Positions 1 through 8,677 of a stretch of DNA of 32,000 bases are shown here, in pieces (the stretch's first letter is position 1; the number at the start of each line of letters is the position of its first letter). The DNA is from Alkalilimnicola ehrlichii MLHE-1 (GTDB taxonomy: Bacteria > Pseudomonadota > Gammaproteobacteria > Nitrococcales > Halorhodospiraceae), in NCBI RefSeq assembly GCF_000014785.1, contig NC_008340.1, positions 1,350,001 through 1,382,000 on the forward strand, in the 5' to 3' direction. The position numbers were made by a program, and so were the translations under genes. Below the pieces are notes generated by a model. That model saw only the letters and a program-made list of their open reading frames with translations. It was not told the DNA's origin and made no database searches.

Positions 1-1424
1 CAGTCCGCCGCGTAGATCAGCCGCTGACACCCCCAGTGCCGCCCGCCCACCTTGATGGGCACCGAGACCTCTTTGACCAGGGCATGGTGCCCTTCGCCCA
101 GATTCAGGCGGTAGGTCTGCAGCAGGAAACGCTCGCGGTTGCGGGTCGCGGCACGGGTCTCGCGGCTGTCCAGCCGTCGCCGATGAAACCGCGGTAGTTC
201 GGCGCTGTCGTCCGCTGACGGGGCGCGGGCGGCCTCACGGCTTTGTGCCGGCACATACCCGCCCAGGTCGCAGACGAAGGCGGACAGCACCCGGCGCTGG
301 CGCTGCAGGGCCGGTTCCTGGATGGCCGGCAGCACCCGGTCACAGAACTCGGAGTTGGCGGCGGTGAAACGGGGTGGCGCGGTGTCGGCCTCGCGCTGGT
401 AGTTCTGATCGAACAGCGCCTGTTCGTTGACACTGCCGCGCTTCAGGCCCTCCTCGAAGGCGGCGGCGGTGTCCGCGGCCAGTTGCTCGGCCAAGCGGAT
501 ATAGGGCGTGTCGATGGTCTCCACGCCCTCCACGGCCGTTTCGCGGATCAGTAGCTCGGTGTAATGACGCAGCTTCTCCGTCCGTGCCTCAGCCTCCTCC
601 AATGCATCGTTGGCGTGCCGGACCTCGCTGGTGAGCTCCTCGAGCCCTCCCACCGTCCTGCGGCAGTGCTGGTCGATCTCGCCGACGGACTCATGGATGC
701 GCCCGGACTCGGTGTCCACGTCCTGCATGGCGCTGCCCACCGTCTCCATGATCTCCTGGATGGCGTGGGTGCCCTCACGCACCGCCTGGGCCTTCTCCGT
801 GCTCTCGGCACCGCGCCGGATCAGCCGCTCGATGATGTTGGTCAACTCCTCCAGGATCTGATGGATCTCGGAGGTGGCATCCGCCGTTTGCTTGGCCAGC
901 TCCTTGACGTGCTCCGCCACCACGGCGAAACCGCGGCCCACCTCGCCGGCGCGGGTGGCTTCGATGGTGGCGTTGAGGGCGAGCAGATTGGTTTGCTTGG
1001 CAATGGTGCTGATCTCATTGGCCACCTGGGCCACGCCCTGCAGCGCCTCGTTGAGGCTGCTCAACTGGCCTTCGATATGGGTGACCGACTCGGCCAGCCC
1101 GCGGATCTGCTCCAGCGAGTGGGTGATGGTTGCGCGTGAGCGCTCCACGTCCTTGCCGGCGCTGGCCGCCACGTCGTGGGCGCGGCGGGCGGCTTGGTCG
1201 ACGGTGTCGTTGGCCTCGCTCATGCGCCGCGCGGTGCCCACCAGGTCGGAGAATATGGCCGCCTGGCGCCGGAACAGTTGGGCGACGTGTTCGATGTGGT
1301 TGACAATGTCCACCGCCTCCACACCCACGCCGCTGGTGCGCTCGGCGATCTGCTGGATGACCGAGAAATGGTTCATGGTCACGGAAGGCGTGCGCTCTTC
1401 GTTGTCCTTGACTACCGAAGCCAT
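1..1424 (-). CDS. Methyl-accepting chemotaxis protein, soluble type, truncated at window edge
   Basis: Reverse-strand translation from ATG at 1424: MASVVKDNEERTPSVTMNHFSVIQQIAERTSG...IAKQTNLLALNATIEATRAGEVGRGFAVVAEHVKELAKQTADATSEI (MCP signalling hairpin), then a C-terminal region ending ...LNLGEGHHALVKEVSVPIKVGGRHWGCQRLIYAAD. No transmembrane segment seen. Not in the supplied ORF track because it runs off the window. Confidence 0.93.
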   Translation of the reverse strand, partial: MASVVKDNEERTPSVTMNHFSVIQQIAERTSGVGVEAVDIVNHIEHVAQLFRRQAAIFSDLVGTARRMSEANDTVDQAARRAHDVAASAGKDVERSRATITHSLEQIRGLAESVTHIEGQLSSLNEALQGVAQVANEISTIAKQTNLLALNATIEATRAGEVGRGFAVVAEHVKELAKQTADATSEIHQILEELTNIIERLIRRGAESTEKAQAVREGTHAIQEIMETVGSAMQDVDTESGRIHESVGEIDQHCRRTVGGLEELTSEVRHANDALEEAEARTEKLRHYTELLIRETAVEGVETIDTPYIRLAEQLAADTAAAFEEGLKRGSVNEQALFDQNYQREADTAPPRFTAANSEFCDRVLPAIQEPALQRQRRVLSAFVCDLGGYVPAQSREAARAPSADDSAELPRFHRRRLDSRETRAATRNRERFLLQTYRLNLGEGHHALVKEVSVPIKVGGRHWGCQRLIYAAD

Positions 1425-1839
1425 GGTCGGCTCCCCCTGGTCCCGTCGTCGTCGTCGTTGTTTGTTGTGGTTGTAATACCTTGCCCGTAGATGACGGCGG
1501 TGGGTGGGAAAACTTGAGCCCAACGGCCGGCGCAGGTGGATTAATACGTTGGCAGGGCAAAGGGTAAAGCCACCGGGGCGGCAGGGAAAGCCCCGGCGGG
1601 CCTGCCACGGCGGTTCCGCATTGCCGGCAATGGCCACCGGTCAAGCCCGTATCGGGTGGGTAAGCGATGGTATAATCTCCGGCCGATTGAGACAGTCCAC
1701 GAGTCAGGCCCCCATCTGTGATAGCCGAGTGTCTGAGTAACCGTCGTGCTCCCGGCGCGGTCCGCGAGGATCGGTGCGTCCCGGTGGTCCGGCCGGCGCG
1801 GTGCCGTGTGGCAGGTCGGGGGGCGGCCCCGGGTGACCG

Positions 1840-4173
1840 ATGGTGAAGCGATCACGTCAGAGCCGGCGCAGGGCCACCGGGCGGGGGCGCCCCGGGCGTT
1901 TGAAGCGCTGGGGCGCGCGTCTGCTGGGCCTGCTGGTCACGGTCGCCCTGGTGGCGGTGGGCCTGCTGGCCTTGTACGCCAAGTCGCTGGAGCCGGAGCT
2001 GCGCCAGCATTTTGAGGGCGGCCGGTGGGCGGTCCCGGCCCGGGTCTACGCCCGCCCCCTGGAGCTTTACGCCGGCAAGGCCCTGTCGCCGGTGGAGCTG
2101 CAGGTGGAGCTTGAGGAGCTGGGCTACCGGCAGACGACGTCGGGGCGCCAACCGGGGAGTTGGAGCCGAAACGGCGCGGTTTTCCACCTGAGTACGCGCG
2201 GCTTTGCCCACCCCGACGGTGAGGAGCCGGCCCGTAGCCTGCGCCTGGCCTTCGATGGGGGGCAGCTGGCCTCGGTGACGGGGTTGGATGACCGGGAGCG
2301 GGTCGGTCTGGCGCGTCTGGAGCCGGCGGTGGTCGGCAGCCTGCACGCGCCCCATCAGGAGGACCGCTTGCTGGTCCGGCTCGAGCAGGTGCCGGAGACC
2401 CTGGTCCGGGCCCTGCTGGTGGTGGAGGACCGCAAGTTCTTCGACCACCACGGCCTCTCCCTCACCGGCATCGCCCGGGCCGCCCTGGCCAATCTGCGGG
2501 CCGGCCGGGTGGTGCAGGGGGGCAGCACCCTGACCCAGCAGCTGGTCAAAAACTTCTACCTCAGTGCCGATCAGACCCTGCGGCGCAAGTTCACCGAGGC
2601 GGTGATGGCGCTGCTCCTGGAGCATTACTACGAGAAGGACGAGATCCTGGAGGCCTACTTTAACGAGGTCTTTCTCGGGCAGCGCGGCGGGCGGGGCGTC
2701 CACGGTTTCGGATTGGGTGCCGAGTTCTACTTCGGGCGTCCCCTGGATGAGCTCAGCCTCGCCCAGCAGGCCACGCTGGTGGGGATGGTGCGCGGACCCT
2801 CGCACTATAACCCGCGCCGCCACCCGGAGCGGGCGCGGGAGCGACGGAATCTGGTGCTCACGTTGATGGCGCGTCACGGCATTATCCCGGGGGACGAGGC
2901 GCGGGAGGCCATGGCGGAGGATCTGGGGGTCGTGGCCGACGGTCAGCGCCACCAAGGGCGTTATCCCGCCTTCATGGACCTGGTGCGCCGCCACCTGCAA
3001 CGGGATTACCGCCGGGAGGACCTGATCAGCGAGGGGCTGCATGTACACACCACGCTGGCGCCGCGGGTCCAGCGTGCCGCGGAGCGGGCGGTGGACAGCC
3101 GCCTGGCCGCATTCGGTGCGGAAGGATTGCAGGCGGCGCTGGTGTCGGTCTCGGTGGAGGATGGCGAGGTCAAGGCCGTGGTCGGGGGCGCGGACTACCG
3201 CTACGCCGGCTTCAACCGGGCCCTGGATGCCCGCCGCCCCATCGGCTCACTGGTCAAGCCGGCGGTCTATCTGGCGGCCCTGCGGGAACCGGGGCAGTAC
3301 GCCCTGGGGACCGTGCTCAGCGACGAGCCGGTCACCCTCCGGGATCGCGAGGGCGAGCCCTGGACGCCGCGCAATTACGATGGCGATCACCGGGGTGAGG
3401 TGCCGTTATGGGAGGCGCTGTCCGACTCGCTCAACGTGCCCACGGTGCGTCTCAGCCAGGGGCTGGGCCTGCGCCGGGTGGCCCGCACCTGGGCTGACCT
3501 GGGCGGCCGCGTCCCCAACACCCTGTACCCCTCGTTCGTGCTGGGTGCCAGCGAACACAGCGTGTTGGAGATGGCGCAGGTCTATCAGACCATCGCCGCC
3601 GAGGGCTTCCGGACCCCGCTGCGGGCGGTGCGGGCGGTCACCGACAGCGACGGCGAGCTGCTCTCCCGCTATCCCCTGGCCACCGAACAGGCGGTCGATC
3701 CGGCCAGCAGTTACCTGTTGCAGCATGCCCTGGAGCAGGTGGTGGCGCGGGGCACCGCGCGCGGGTTGCGGTCCTGGTTGGGCGACACCCACGGCCTTGC
3801 GGGCAAGACCGGAACCACCGACGATTACCGGGACGCGTGGTACGCGGGCTACTCCGGGGATCTGCTCTCGGTGGTCTGGTTGGGGCGGGACGACAATCAA
3901 CCGATCGGGCTCACCGGCAGTGGCGGGGCGATGCCCGTCTGGGGCGAGCAGTTTCAGGCATTGAGCTTCCGCCGCCTGAACCGCCTGCCCCCCGCTGGCG
4001 TGGAGGAGGCCTGGATCGATTACCGGACCGGGCGGCGCAGTGGCCCGGACTGTGACGGGGCGGTGGCGCTGCCCTATATCAGCGGGCACCTGCCGGCGGA
4101 GTCGGTGGTCTGTGCCCGCGAGCCGGACGACGACGACCGACGGGGCTTCTGGGATCGCGTCTTCCGGCGCTGA
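1840..4173 (+). CDS. mrcB: Bifunctional penicillin-binding protein 1B (glycosyltransferase/transpeptidase)
   Basis: N-terminal TM segment, GT51 motifs (VVEDRKFFDHHGLSLTGIARA, GGSTLTQQLVKNFYL, EAYFNEVFLGQRG), transpeptidase motifs (RPIGSLVKPAVYLAAL, SDSLN, KTGTTDDYRDAWY). Confidence 0.97.
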   Translation: MVKRSRQSRRRATGRGRPGRLKRWGARLLGLLVTVALVAVGLLALYAKSLEPELRQHFEGGRWAVPARVYARPLELYAGKALSPVELQVELEELGYRQTTSGRQPGSWSRNGAVFHLSTRGFAHPDGEEPARSLRLAFDGGQLASVTGLDDRERVGLARLEPAVVGSLHAPHQEDRLLVRLEQVPETLVRALLVVEDRKFFDHHGLSLTGIARAALANLRAGRVVQGGSTLTQQLVKNFYLSADQTLRRKFTEAVMALLLEHYYEKDEILEAYFNEVFLGQRGGRGVHGFGLGAEFYFGRPLDELSLAQQATLVGMVRGPSHYNPRRHPERARERRNLVLTLMARHGIIPGDEAREAMAEDLGVVADGQRHQGRYPAFMDLVRRHLQRDYRREDLISEGLHVHTTLAPRVQRAAERAVDSRLAAFGAEGLQAALVSVSVEDGEVKAVVGGADYRYAGFNRALDARRPIGSLVKPAVYLAALREPGQYALGTVLSDEPVTLRDREGEPWTPRNYDGDHRGEVPLWEALSDSLNVPTVRLSQGLGLRRVARTWADLGGRVPNTLYPSFVLGASEHSVLEMAQVYQTIAAEGFRTPLRAVRAVTDSDGELLSRYPLATEQAVDPASSYLLQHALEQVVARGTARGLRSWLGDTHGLAGKTGTTDDYRDAWYAGYSGDLLSVVWLGRDDNQPIGLTGSGGAMPVWGEQFQALSFRRLNRLPPAGVEEAWIDYRTGRRSGPDCDGAVALPYISGHLPAESVVCAREPDDDDRRGFWDRVFRR

Positions 4174-4229
4174 GCCGCGGTGGCGTTGCGCCCCATACCT
4201 TATGACCCGGAACCGGGGGATGACGACCC

Positions 4230-4727
4230 ATGACCACCACATTAAGACTGCTGGCCCTGCTCCTGCCACTGACCCTGGGCGCATGTGCTGTGCTGCCCCC
4301 AGAGGACCGACGGCCGGAGCCGGTGGAACCGGCCGAGGCCCCGGAGCCAGAGGAGGAGGCCCCGGTGGCGGAACCGGAGCGCGAACGCGAACCGGAGCGC
4401 GCGCGCATTCCCGATGCGGTCCTGGAGCTGGTGGCGGATGCCCGGCAGGCCGCCGATGCGGGGGAGTACGACCTGGCGGCCGCCTACCTGGAGCGCGCGG
4501 TGCGGATCAGCCCCAACCTGGCCCCGCTATGGCAGAACCTGGCGGTCGTGCGCTTCCAACAGGGCGACTACGCCCAGGCGGAGCAAATGGCGCGCCGCTC
4601 CATCCGCTTGGCGGAAGGTGACCGGGCGCTGCAGCAGCGTAACTGGCGGATCATAGAGGCCAGCCGCATCGAGCAGGGTGACGAGGAGGGTGCCCAGGAG
4701 GCGCGTCGCCAGGCGGAGGCCATTTGA
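4230..4727 (+). CDS. Tetratricopeptide-repeat lipoprotein
   Basis: Signal peptide with lipobox (LTLGAC), acidic proline-rich linker, then a TPR-like segment (AGEYDLAAAYLERAVRISPNLAPLWQNLAVVRFQQGDYAQAEQMARRSI). Confidence 0.8.
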   Translation: MTTTLRLLALLLPLTLGACAVLPPEDRRPEPVEPAEAPEPEEEAPVAEPEREREPERARIPDAVLELVADARQAADAGEYDLAAAYLERAVRISPNLAPLWQNLAVVRFQQGDYAQAEQMARRSIRLAEGDRALQQRNWRIIEASRIEQGDEEGAQEARRQAEAI

Positions 4728-6673
4728 CCGCCGGGGACGCCCCCTTGCCGGAGGTGGCCCTGGAGGTGCTGGGCGCCGACGGGGCGCTGGCCGCGCGGAT
4801 ACTCGGCTTTCAACCCCGGGAGGCTCAGCAGGGCATGGCCGCGGCGGTCGCCGAGGCGCTGGCGGACAGCGCCACGCTGGTGGTCGAGGCCGGTACCGGC
4901 ACCGGCAAGACCTTCGCCTACCTGGTGCCTGCGCTGCTCTCCGGTCGGCGGGTGGTGATCTCCACCGGTACCCGGACACTGCAGGACCAACTCTTCCACC
5001 GCGACCTGCCCCTGGTGCGCGACGCCCTGGGTGTCCCATTGCGTGCCGCGCTGCTCAAAGGGCGGGGCAATTACCTCTGCCTGCAGCGGTTGGGCGCAGC
5101 GCGCGAGGGGACGCCGGGGCTGAGCACGGCACAGCAGGATGCCTTGGAGCAGGTGGCGGGGTGGGCGGCCACCACCGACTCCGGTGACCTGGCCGAGGCG
5201 CCGCCGGCCGCCCGGCGCCCCGATGTGCGCCCCCGAATCACCGCGACCGCCGAGAACTGCCTGGGCGGACAGTGCCCCCGCTTTTCCGAATGCCACTTCT
5301 ACGAGGCCCGGCGCCGGGCGCAGGAGGCCGACCTGGTGGTGATCAACCACCACCTGCTGCTGGCGGACTGGGCCCTGCGTGAATCGGGCTGGGGCGAGGT
5401 GGTGCCGGAGGCGGAGGCCTGGATCCTGGACGAGGCCCACCAGCTGCCGGAGACGGCGGCGCGTTTTTTCGGCCTGGGCCTCAGCGCCCGACAACTGCGG
5501 GACCTGGCCCGGGACTGCCTGGAGGACTACGGGCGCGAGGCCGGGGATCAGCCCGGTTTTCCGGAGCGGGTGGCCGCGGTGACCGCCGCTGCCGATTCGC
5601 TGCGCGACGCACTCGGTGAGGGCGATCAGCGGGCCGCCTGGCCGCAGCCCCCCGCTGCGGAGCTGCGCCGGGCGGTGACCGCACTCAAGGGGGCACTGCA
5701 CGACCTGGCCCTGGCCCTGGCGCCGCTCTCCGAGCGCGGGCTTGGCCTGGCCCGGTGCCAGCAACGGGCGGAGGCGCTCCACCAGGCACTGTGTCGCTTC
5801 AATGAGCCCGGGAGCGGTGATGGGGTGCCCTGGTTCGAGACCCAGGGCTCGGGGTTCTGGTTGCGGCTCACGCCGCTGGATGTCTCCGGTCCCTTCCGCA
5901 ACCGCCGTGCCGCGGCCCCCGCCGCCTGGGTCTTCACCTCCGCCACCCTGGCCATGAAGGGCGATTTCTCCCATTTCGCCGATCGTCTGGGCCTGGAGGC
6001 ACCGCGCACCCTCTGTCTGGACAGCCCCTTCGACTACGCCCGGCGGGCGCTGCTCTACCTGCCCGACAATCTCCCCGACCCGGACGCACCGGATTATGCC
6101 GAGCGTCTGGTGGCGATGGCGCGGCCGGTGATCACCGCGGCCCCGGGCGGGGCCTTCCTGCTGTTCACCAGCTACCGGGTGCTGCGCCGGGCCGCCGAGT
6201 CCCTTGCCGGCACCCTGGACCGCCCGCTGCTGGTCCAGGGGGCGGCGGCCCAGCACGAGCTGCTGGCCCGGTTCCGACGGGCCGGGGACGCCGTGCTGCT
6301 GGGCACAGCCAGCTTTTGGGAGGGGGTGGATGTGCGCGGCGCCGCGCTCTCGACCCTGATCATCGACCGGCTGCCTTTCGCCTCACCCGCCGACCCGGTG
6401 CTGCAGGCCCGGATTCAGGCGGCGGAGGCCGAGGGGATTTCCGCCTTCCGCCACCTGCAGTTGCCGCATGCGGTGATTACACTGAAGCAAGGGGTGGGGC
6501 GGCTGATTCGCGATGCGGATGACTGCGGTGTGCTGGTGATCGCCGATCCGCGGCTCACCCGCCGGGGCTACGGGAAGGTCTTCCTGCGGAGTCTGCCGCC
6601 CATGAGGCGCACCGGGTCGCTGGAGGAGGTGCAGGCCTTCTGGCAGGAGGGGCGAGATGAAGTTTCTGGATGA
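4724..6673 (+). CDS. yoaA: ATP-dependent DNA helicase, DinG/YoaA (XPD-like, Fe-S) family
   Basis: Walker A EAGTGTGKTFAYLVPAL, Fe-S cysteine cluster region (CLGGQCPRFSECHFYEARR), DEAH box (DEAHQLPE), GTASFWEGVDVRG, QGVGRLIR. TTG start overlapping the upstream stop. Confidence 0.93.
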   Translation: MTAGDAPLPEVALEVLGADGALAARILGFQPREAQQGMAAAVAEALADSATLVVEAGTGTGKTFAYLVPALLSGRRVVISTGTRTLQDQLFHRDLPLVRDALGVPLRAALLKGRGNYLCLQRLGAAREGTPGLSTAQQDALEQVAGWAATTDSGDLAEAPPAARRPDVRPRITATAENCLGGQCPRFSECHFYEARRRAQEADLVVINHHLLLADWALRESGWGEVVPEAEAWILDEAHQLPETAARFFGLGLSARQLRDLARDCLEDYGREAGDQPGFPERVAAVTAAADSLRDALGEGDQRAAWPQPPAAELRRAVTALKGALHDLALALAPLSERGLGLARCQQRAEALHQALCRFNEPGSGDGVPWFETQGSGFWLRLTPLDVSGPFRNRRAAAPAAWVFTSATLAMKGDFSHFADRLGLEAPRTLCLDSPFDYARRALLYLPDNLPDPDAPDYAERLVAMARPVITAAPGGAFLLFTSYRVLRRAAESLAGTLDRPLLVQGAAAQHELLARFRRAGDAVLLGTASFWEGVDVRGAALSTLIIDRLPFASPADPVLQARIQAAEAEGISAFRHLQLPHAVITLKQGVGRLIRDADDCGVLVIADPRLTRRGYGKVFLRSLPPMRRTGSLEEVQAFWQEGRDEVSG

Positions 6674-7055
6674 GTTGGCCGATGCCCGGATCAGGGAGGC
6701 CCTGGAACAGGGCGAGCTGGACGATCTGCCCGGAGCCGGCAAGCCGCTGGCACTCGATGACGACAGTATGGTGCCGGAGGAGTTGCGGACGGCGTACCGA
6801 ATCCTCAAGAATGCCAACTGCCTGCCGCCGGAACTGCAGGATCAGCGCGAGGTGGAGTCCCTTGAGGCGCTGCTGGCCGGGCTCGACGACGACACCGCCA
6901 TCCAGCGCCGCCAGCGCACTGAGGCGGAGAAGCGCCTGGCGCTGCTTCGGGCCCGGCTGGAGCAGCGCCGGGGCCGCGGGCGGGGCGGCGGCCTGGTCGC
7001 GGTGGAGCGTGCTTACCAGGAGCGGCTGCTACGCCGGCTGGGTGGCGAGGAGTAG
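6657..7055 (+). CDS. DUF1992 / DnaJ-related conserved-domain protein
   Basis: MKFLDELADARIREALEQGELDDLPGAGKPLALDDDSMVPEELRTAYRILKNANCLPPE is typical of this family; start overlaps the helicase end. Confidence 0.88.
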   Translation: MKFLDELADARIREALEQGELDDLPGAGKPLALDDDSMVPEELRTAYRILKNANCLPPELQDQREVESLEALLAGLDDDTAIQRRQRTEAEKRLALLRARLEQRRGRGRGGGLVAVERAYQERLLRRLGGEE

Positions 7056-7070
7056 GCCCCGCCAACGGGC

Positions 7071-7098
7071 GTTACCAACCTTCCGAAAGGTTAGTAAC
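7071..7098. terminator. Candidate bidirectional terminator/hairpin between convergent genes
   Basis: GTTACCAACCTT-CCGA-AAGGTTAGTAAC: 12-bp arms with one mismatch, located between the convergent ends of 6657..7055(+) and 7091..8179(-). Confidence 0.55.
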
Positions 7099-8179
7099 AG
7101 CGGGCGGCCTGCACTGAGAGCACCCGGGGCAGGAACTCCGCCACCGTCTCCCAGTGCTCGCCGCCGTCGCGGCTGGCGAACAGGTGGCCGCTGGAGGTGC
7201 CAAAGTACAGCCCCGCCGGATCGGCACCGTCCTGGGCCATGGCCTCGCGCAGGACGGTGACGTAGGCGTGGCGTTGCGGCAATCCCCGGGTCAGGGGCGC
7301 CCAGTGTCGGCCACCGTCACGGCTGCGGTAGACGCGCAGGCGGCCGTCGCAGCAGGTCCGCAGGTGGTTGCTCTCAATGGGGATGACGTACACCGTGTCC
7401 GGATCCTGCGGCGGGGTGGCCAGGGCGTAGCCGAAATCGCTGGGCAGTCCGGAGGAGATCTCCGTCCAGTGCCCGCCCCGGTCGTCGCTGCGGTAGACGC
7501 CGTTGTAACACTGCCGGTAGAGCCGCTCCGGCCGGCGCGGACAGAGCACCGTGCGGTGCACGTTGTGGCCGGTCACGGCGCAGCGGCCGGGCAGGTTCTC
7601 GGCGCGGACCCCCTCGTTGCAGGGGCGCCAGCTTCGCCCGCCGTCGTCGCTGCGGAAGACTCCCCCGGCCGAGATGCTTACGTAGAGGCGTTGCGGCGAT
7701 TGCGGGTCGATCAGGATGGAATGCAACGAAAAGCCACCGCGGGCCGGCTCCCAAGTGTCCCGCGTGGGGTGTTCGTTGAGTGACGCCACAGGCGTCCAGC
7801 TCTGGCCGTAATCATCGCTGCGGAACAGGCCGGCCGGATCGGTGCCGGCGTAGACCGTCCCCGGGGCCTCGGCCGGTCCCGGCGCCAGGTGCCAGACCGC
7901 CTTCATCCGCTTGGGCCACAGCCCGGGGCGGTGCAGGGGCACGCCGGCGAGCGGTTCCCAGCGGTGGCCGGCATCGTCGGTGCGGTAGATATGCGCGCCC
8001 CACACGGGGTGGTCCACCGCCGCCAGCCCCCGCTGCGGGTCGCGCGGGTCCAGCCAGGCGTGCAGCACCTCGTATCCGGCGATCAGCGGCCCGGCCAGCT
8101 CCCAACCGGTCCGGTCAGGGGTGTCCTCCAGCCGGAACAGGCCCTTTTGGGTGCCAACGAGCAGTACGGTCTGGGTCAC
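7091..8179 (-). CDS. BNR/sialidase-like beta-propeller (YVTN/WD40-like) protein
   Basis: Repeated YRSDDGGRHWxxx / FRSDDGGRSWRP / LFASRDGGEHWETV Asp-box motifs; starts MTQTVLLVGTQKGLFRLE. Confidence 0.88.
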   Translation of the reverse strand: MTQTVLLVGTQKGLFRLEDTPDRTGWELAGPLIAGYEVLHAWLDPRDPQRGLAAVDHPVWGAHIYRTDDAGHRWEPLAGVPLHRPGLWPKRMKAVWHLAPGPAEAPGTVYAGTDPAGLFRSDDYGQSWTPVASLNEHPTRDTWEPARGGFSLHSILIDPQSPQRLYVSISAGGVFRSDDGGRSWRPCNEGVRAENLPGRCAVTGHNVHRTVLCPRRPERLYRQCYNGVYRSDDRGGHWTEISSGLPSDFGYALATPPQDPDTVYVIPIESNHLRTCCDGRLRVYRSRDGGRHWAPLTRGLPQRHAYVTVLREAMAQDGADPAGLYFGTSSGHLFASRDGGEHWETVAEFLPRVLSVQAARCY

Positions 8180-8248
8180 GGGGTCGGGTTCTCTCCACGG
8201 CCAGTGGGGTAGGGGCCAAACGATACCTGACTAAGTTACCATGAAGTC

Positions 8249-8677
8249 ATGATGGCGCCATTGTCCCCACACGCCCTGACCCTGCCCGCCCGCGAGCGCG
8301 ACCGGCTCGCGCGGTTGGGCCTGGCGCGCTGGCCGGAGGAGGCCTGTGGGCTCATGCTGGGCTGTGACGGTCGGGTCCGGCGGCTGGTGCTCTGCCGCAA
8401 TGTGGCGGCCCGCCGGGCGGACCGCTACCTGGTCCACGCCCGCGATTTCCTGCGCTGGGACCGCGCCGCCCACCGCCTGGGCCTGGATATCCTGGGCGTC
8501 TGGCACACCCACCCGGACGGCGGGGCGCGACCCTCCGGGACCGACCGTGAGCAGGCCTGGCGGGGGTGGAGCTACCTGATCGCCGCTGTGGACGGGCGTG
8601 CGATCACCGAGTTGCGGAGCTGGCGCCTGCGTGGCGATCATTTCATCGAGGAAACGTTATGTCTGAAACCAGCGTAA
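8249..8677 (+). CDS. JAMM/MPN+ (Mov34/Mec+-like, M67) metallopeptidase
   Basis: JAMM signature: EEACGLMLG ... GVWHTHPDGGARPSGTDREQAW (E...HxHPxxxxxPSxxD). Confidence 0.93.
   Translation: MMAPLSPHALTLPARERDRLARLGLARWPEEACGLMLGCDGRVRRLVLCRNVAARRADRYLVHARDFLRWDRAAHRLGLDILGVWHTHPDGGARPSGTDREQAWRGWSYLIAAVDGRAITELRSWRLRGDHFIEETLCLKPA

Noticed and set aside
1671-1676. TATAAT as a promoter for mrcB
   Set aside because: A good -10-like hexamer, but I could not find a convincing -35 at 16-18 nt, so it is not reported as a promoter.
1852-3048. Long antisense ORFs inside real genes (1852..3048, 4568..6256, 21547..23259, 17567..18469, 15464..16387, 24053..25090 and others)
   Set aside because: High-GC shadow ORFs opposite clearly identified proteins (PBP1b, YoaA, DnaE2, GGDEF protein, RLP, Bcr); their translations show no recognisable domains.
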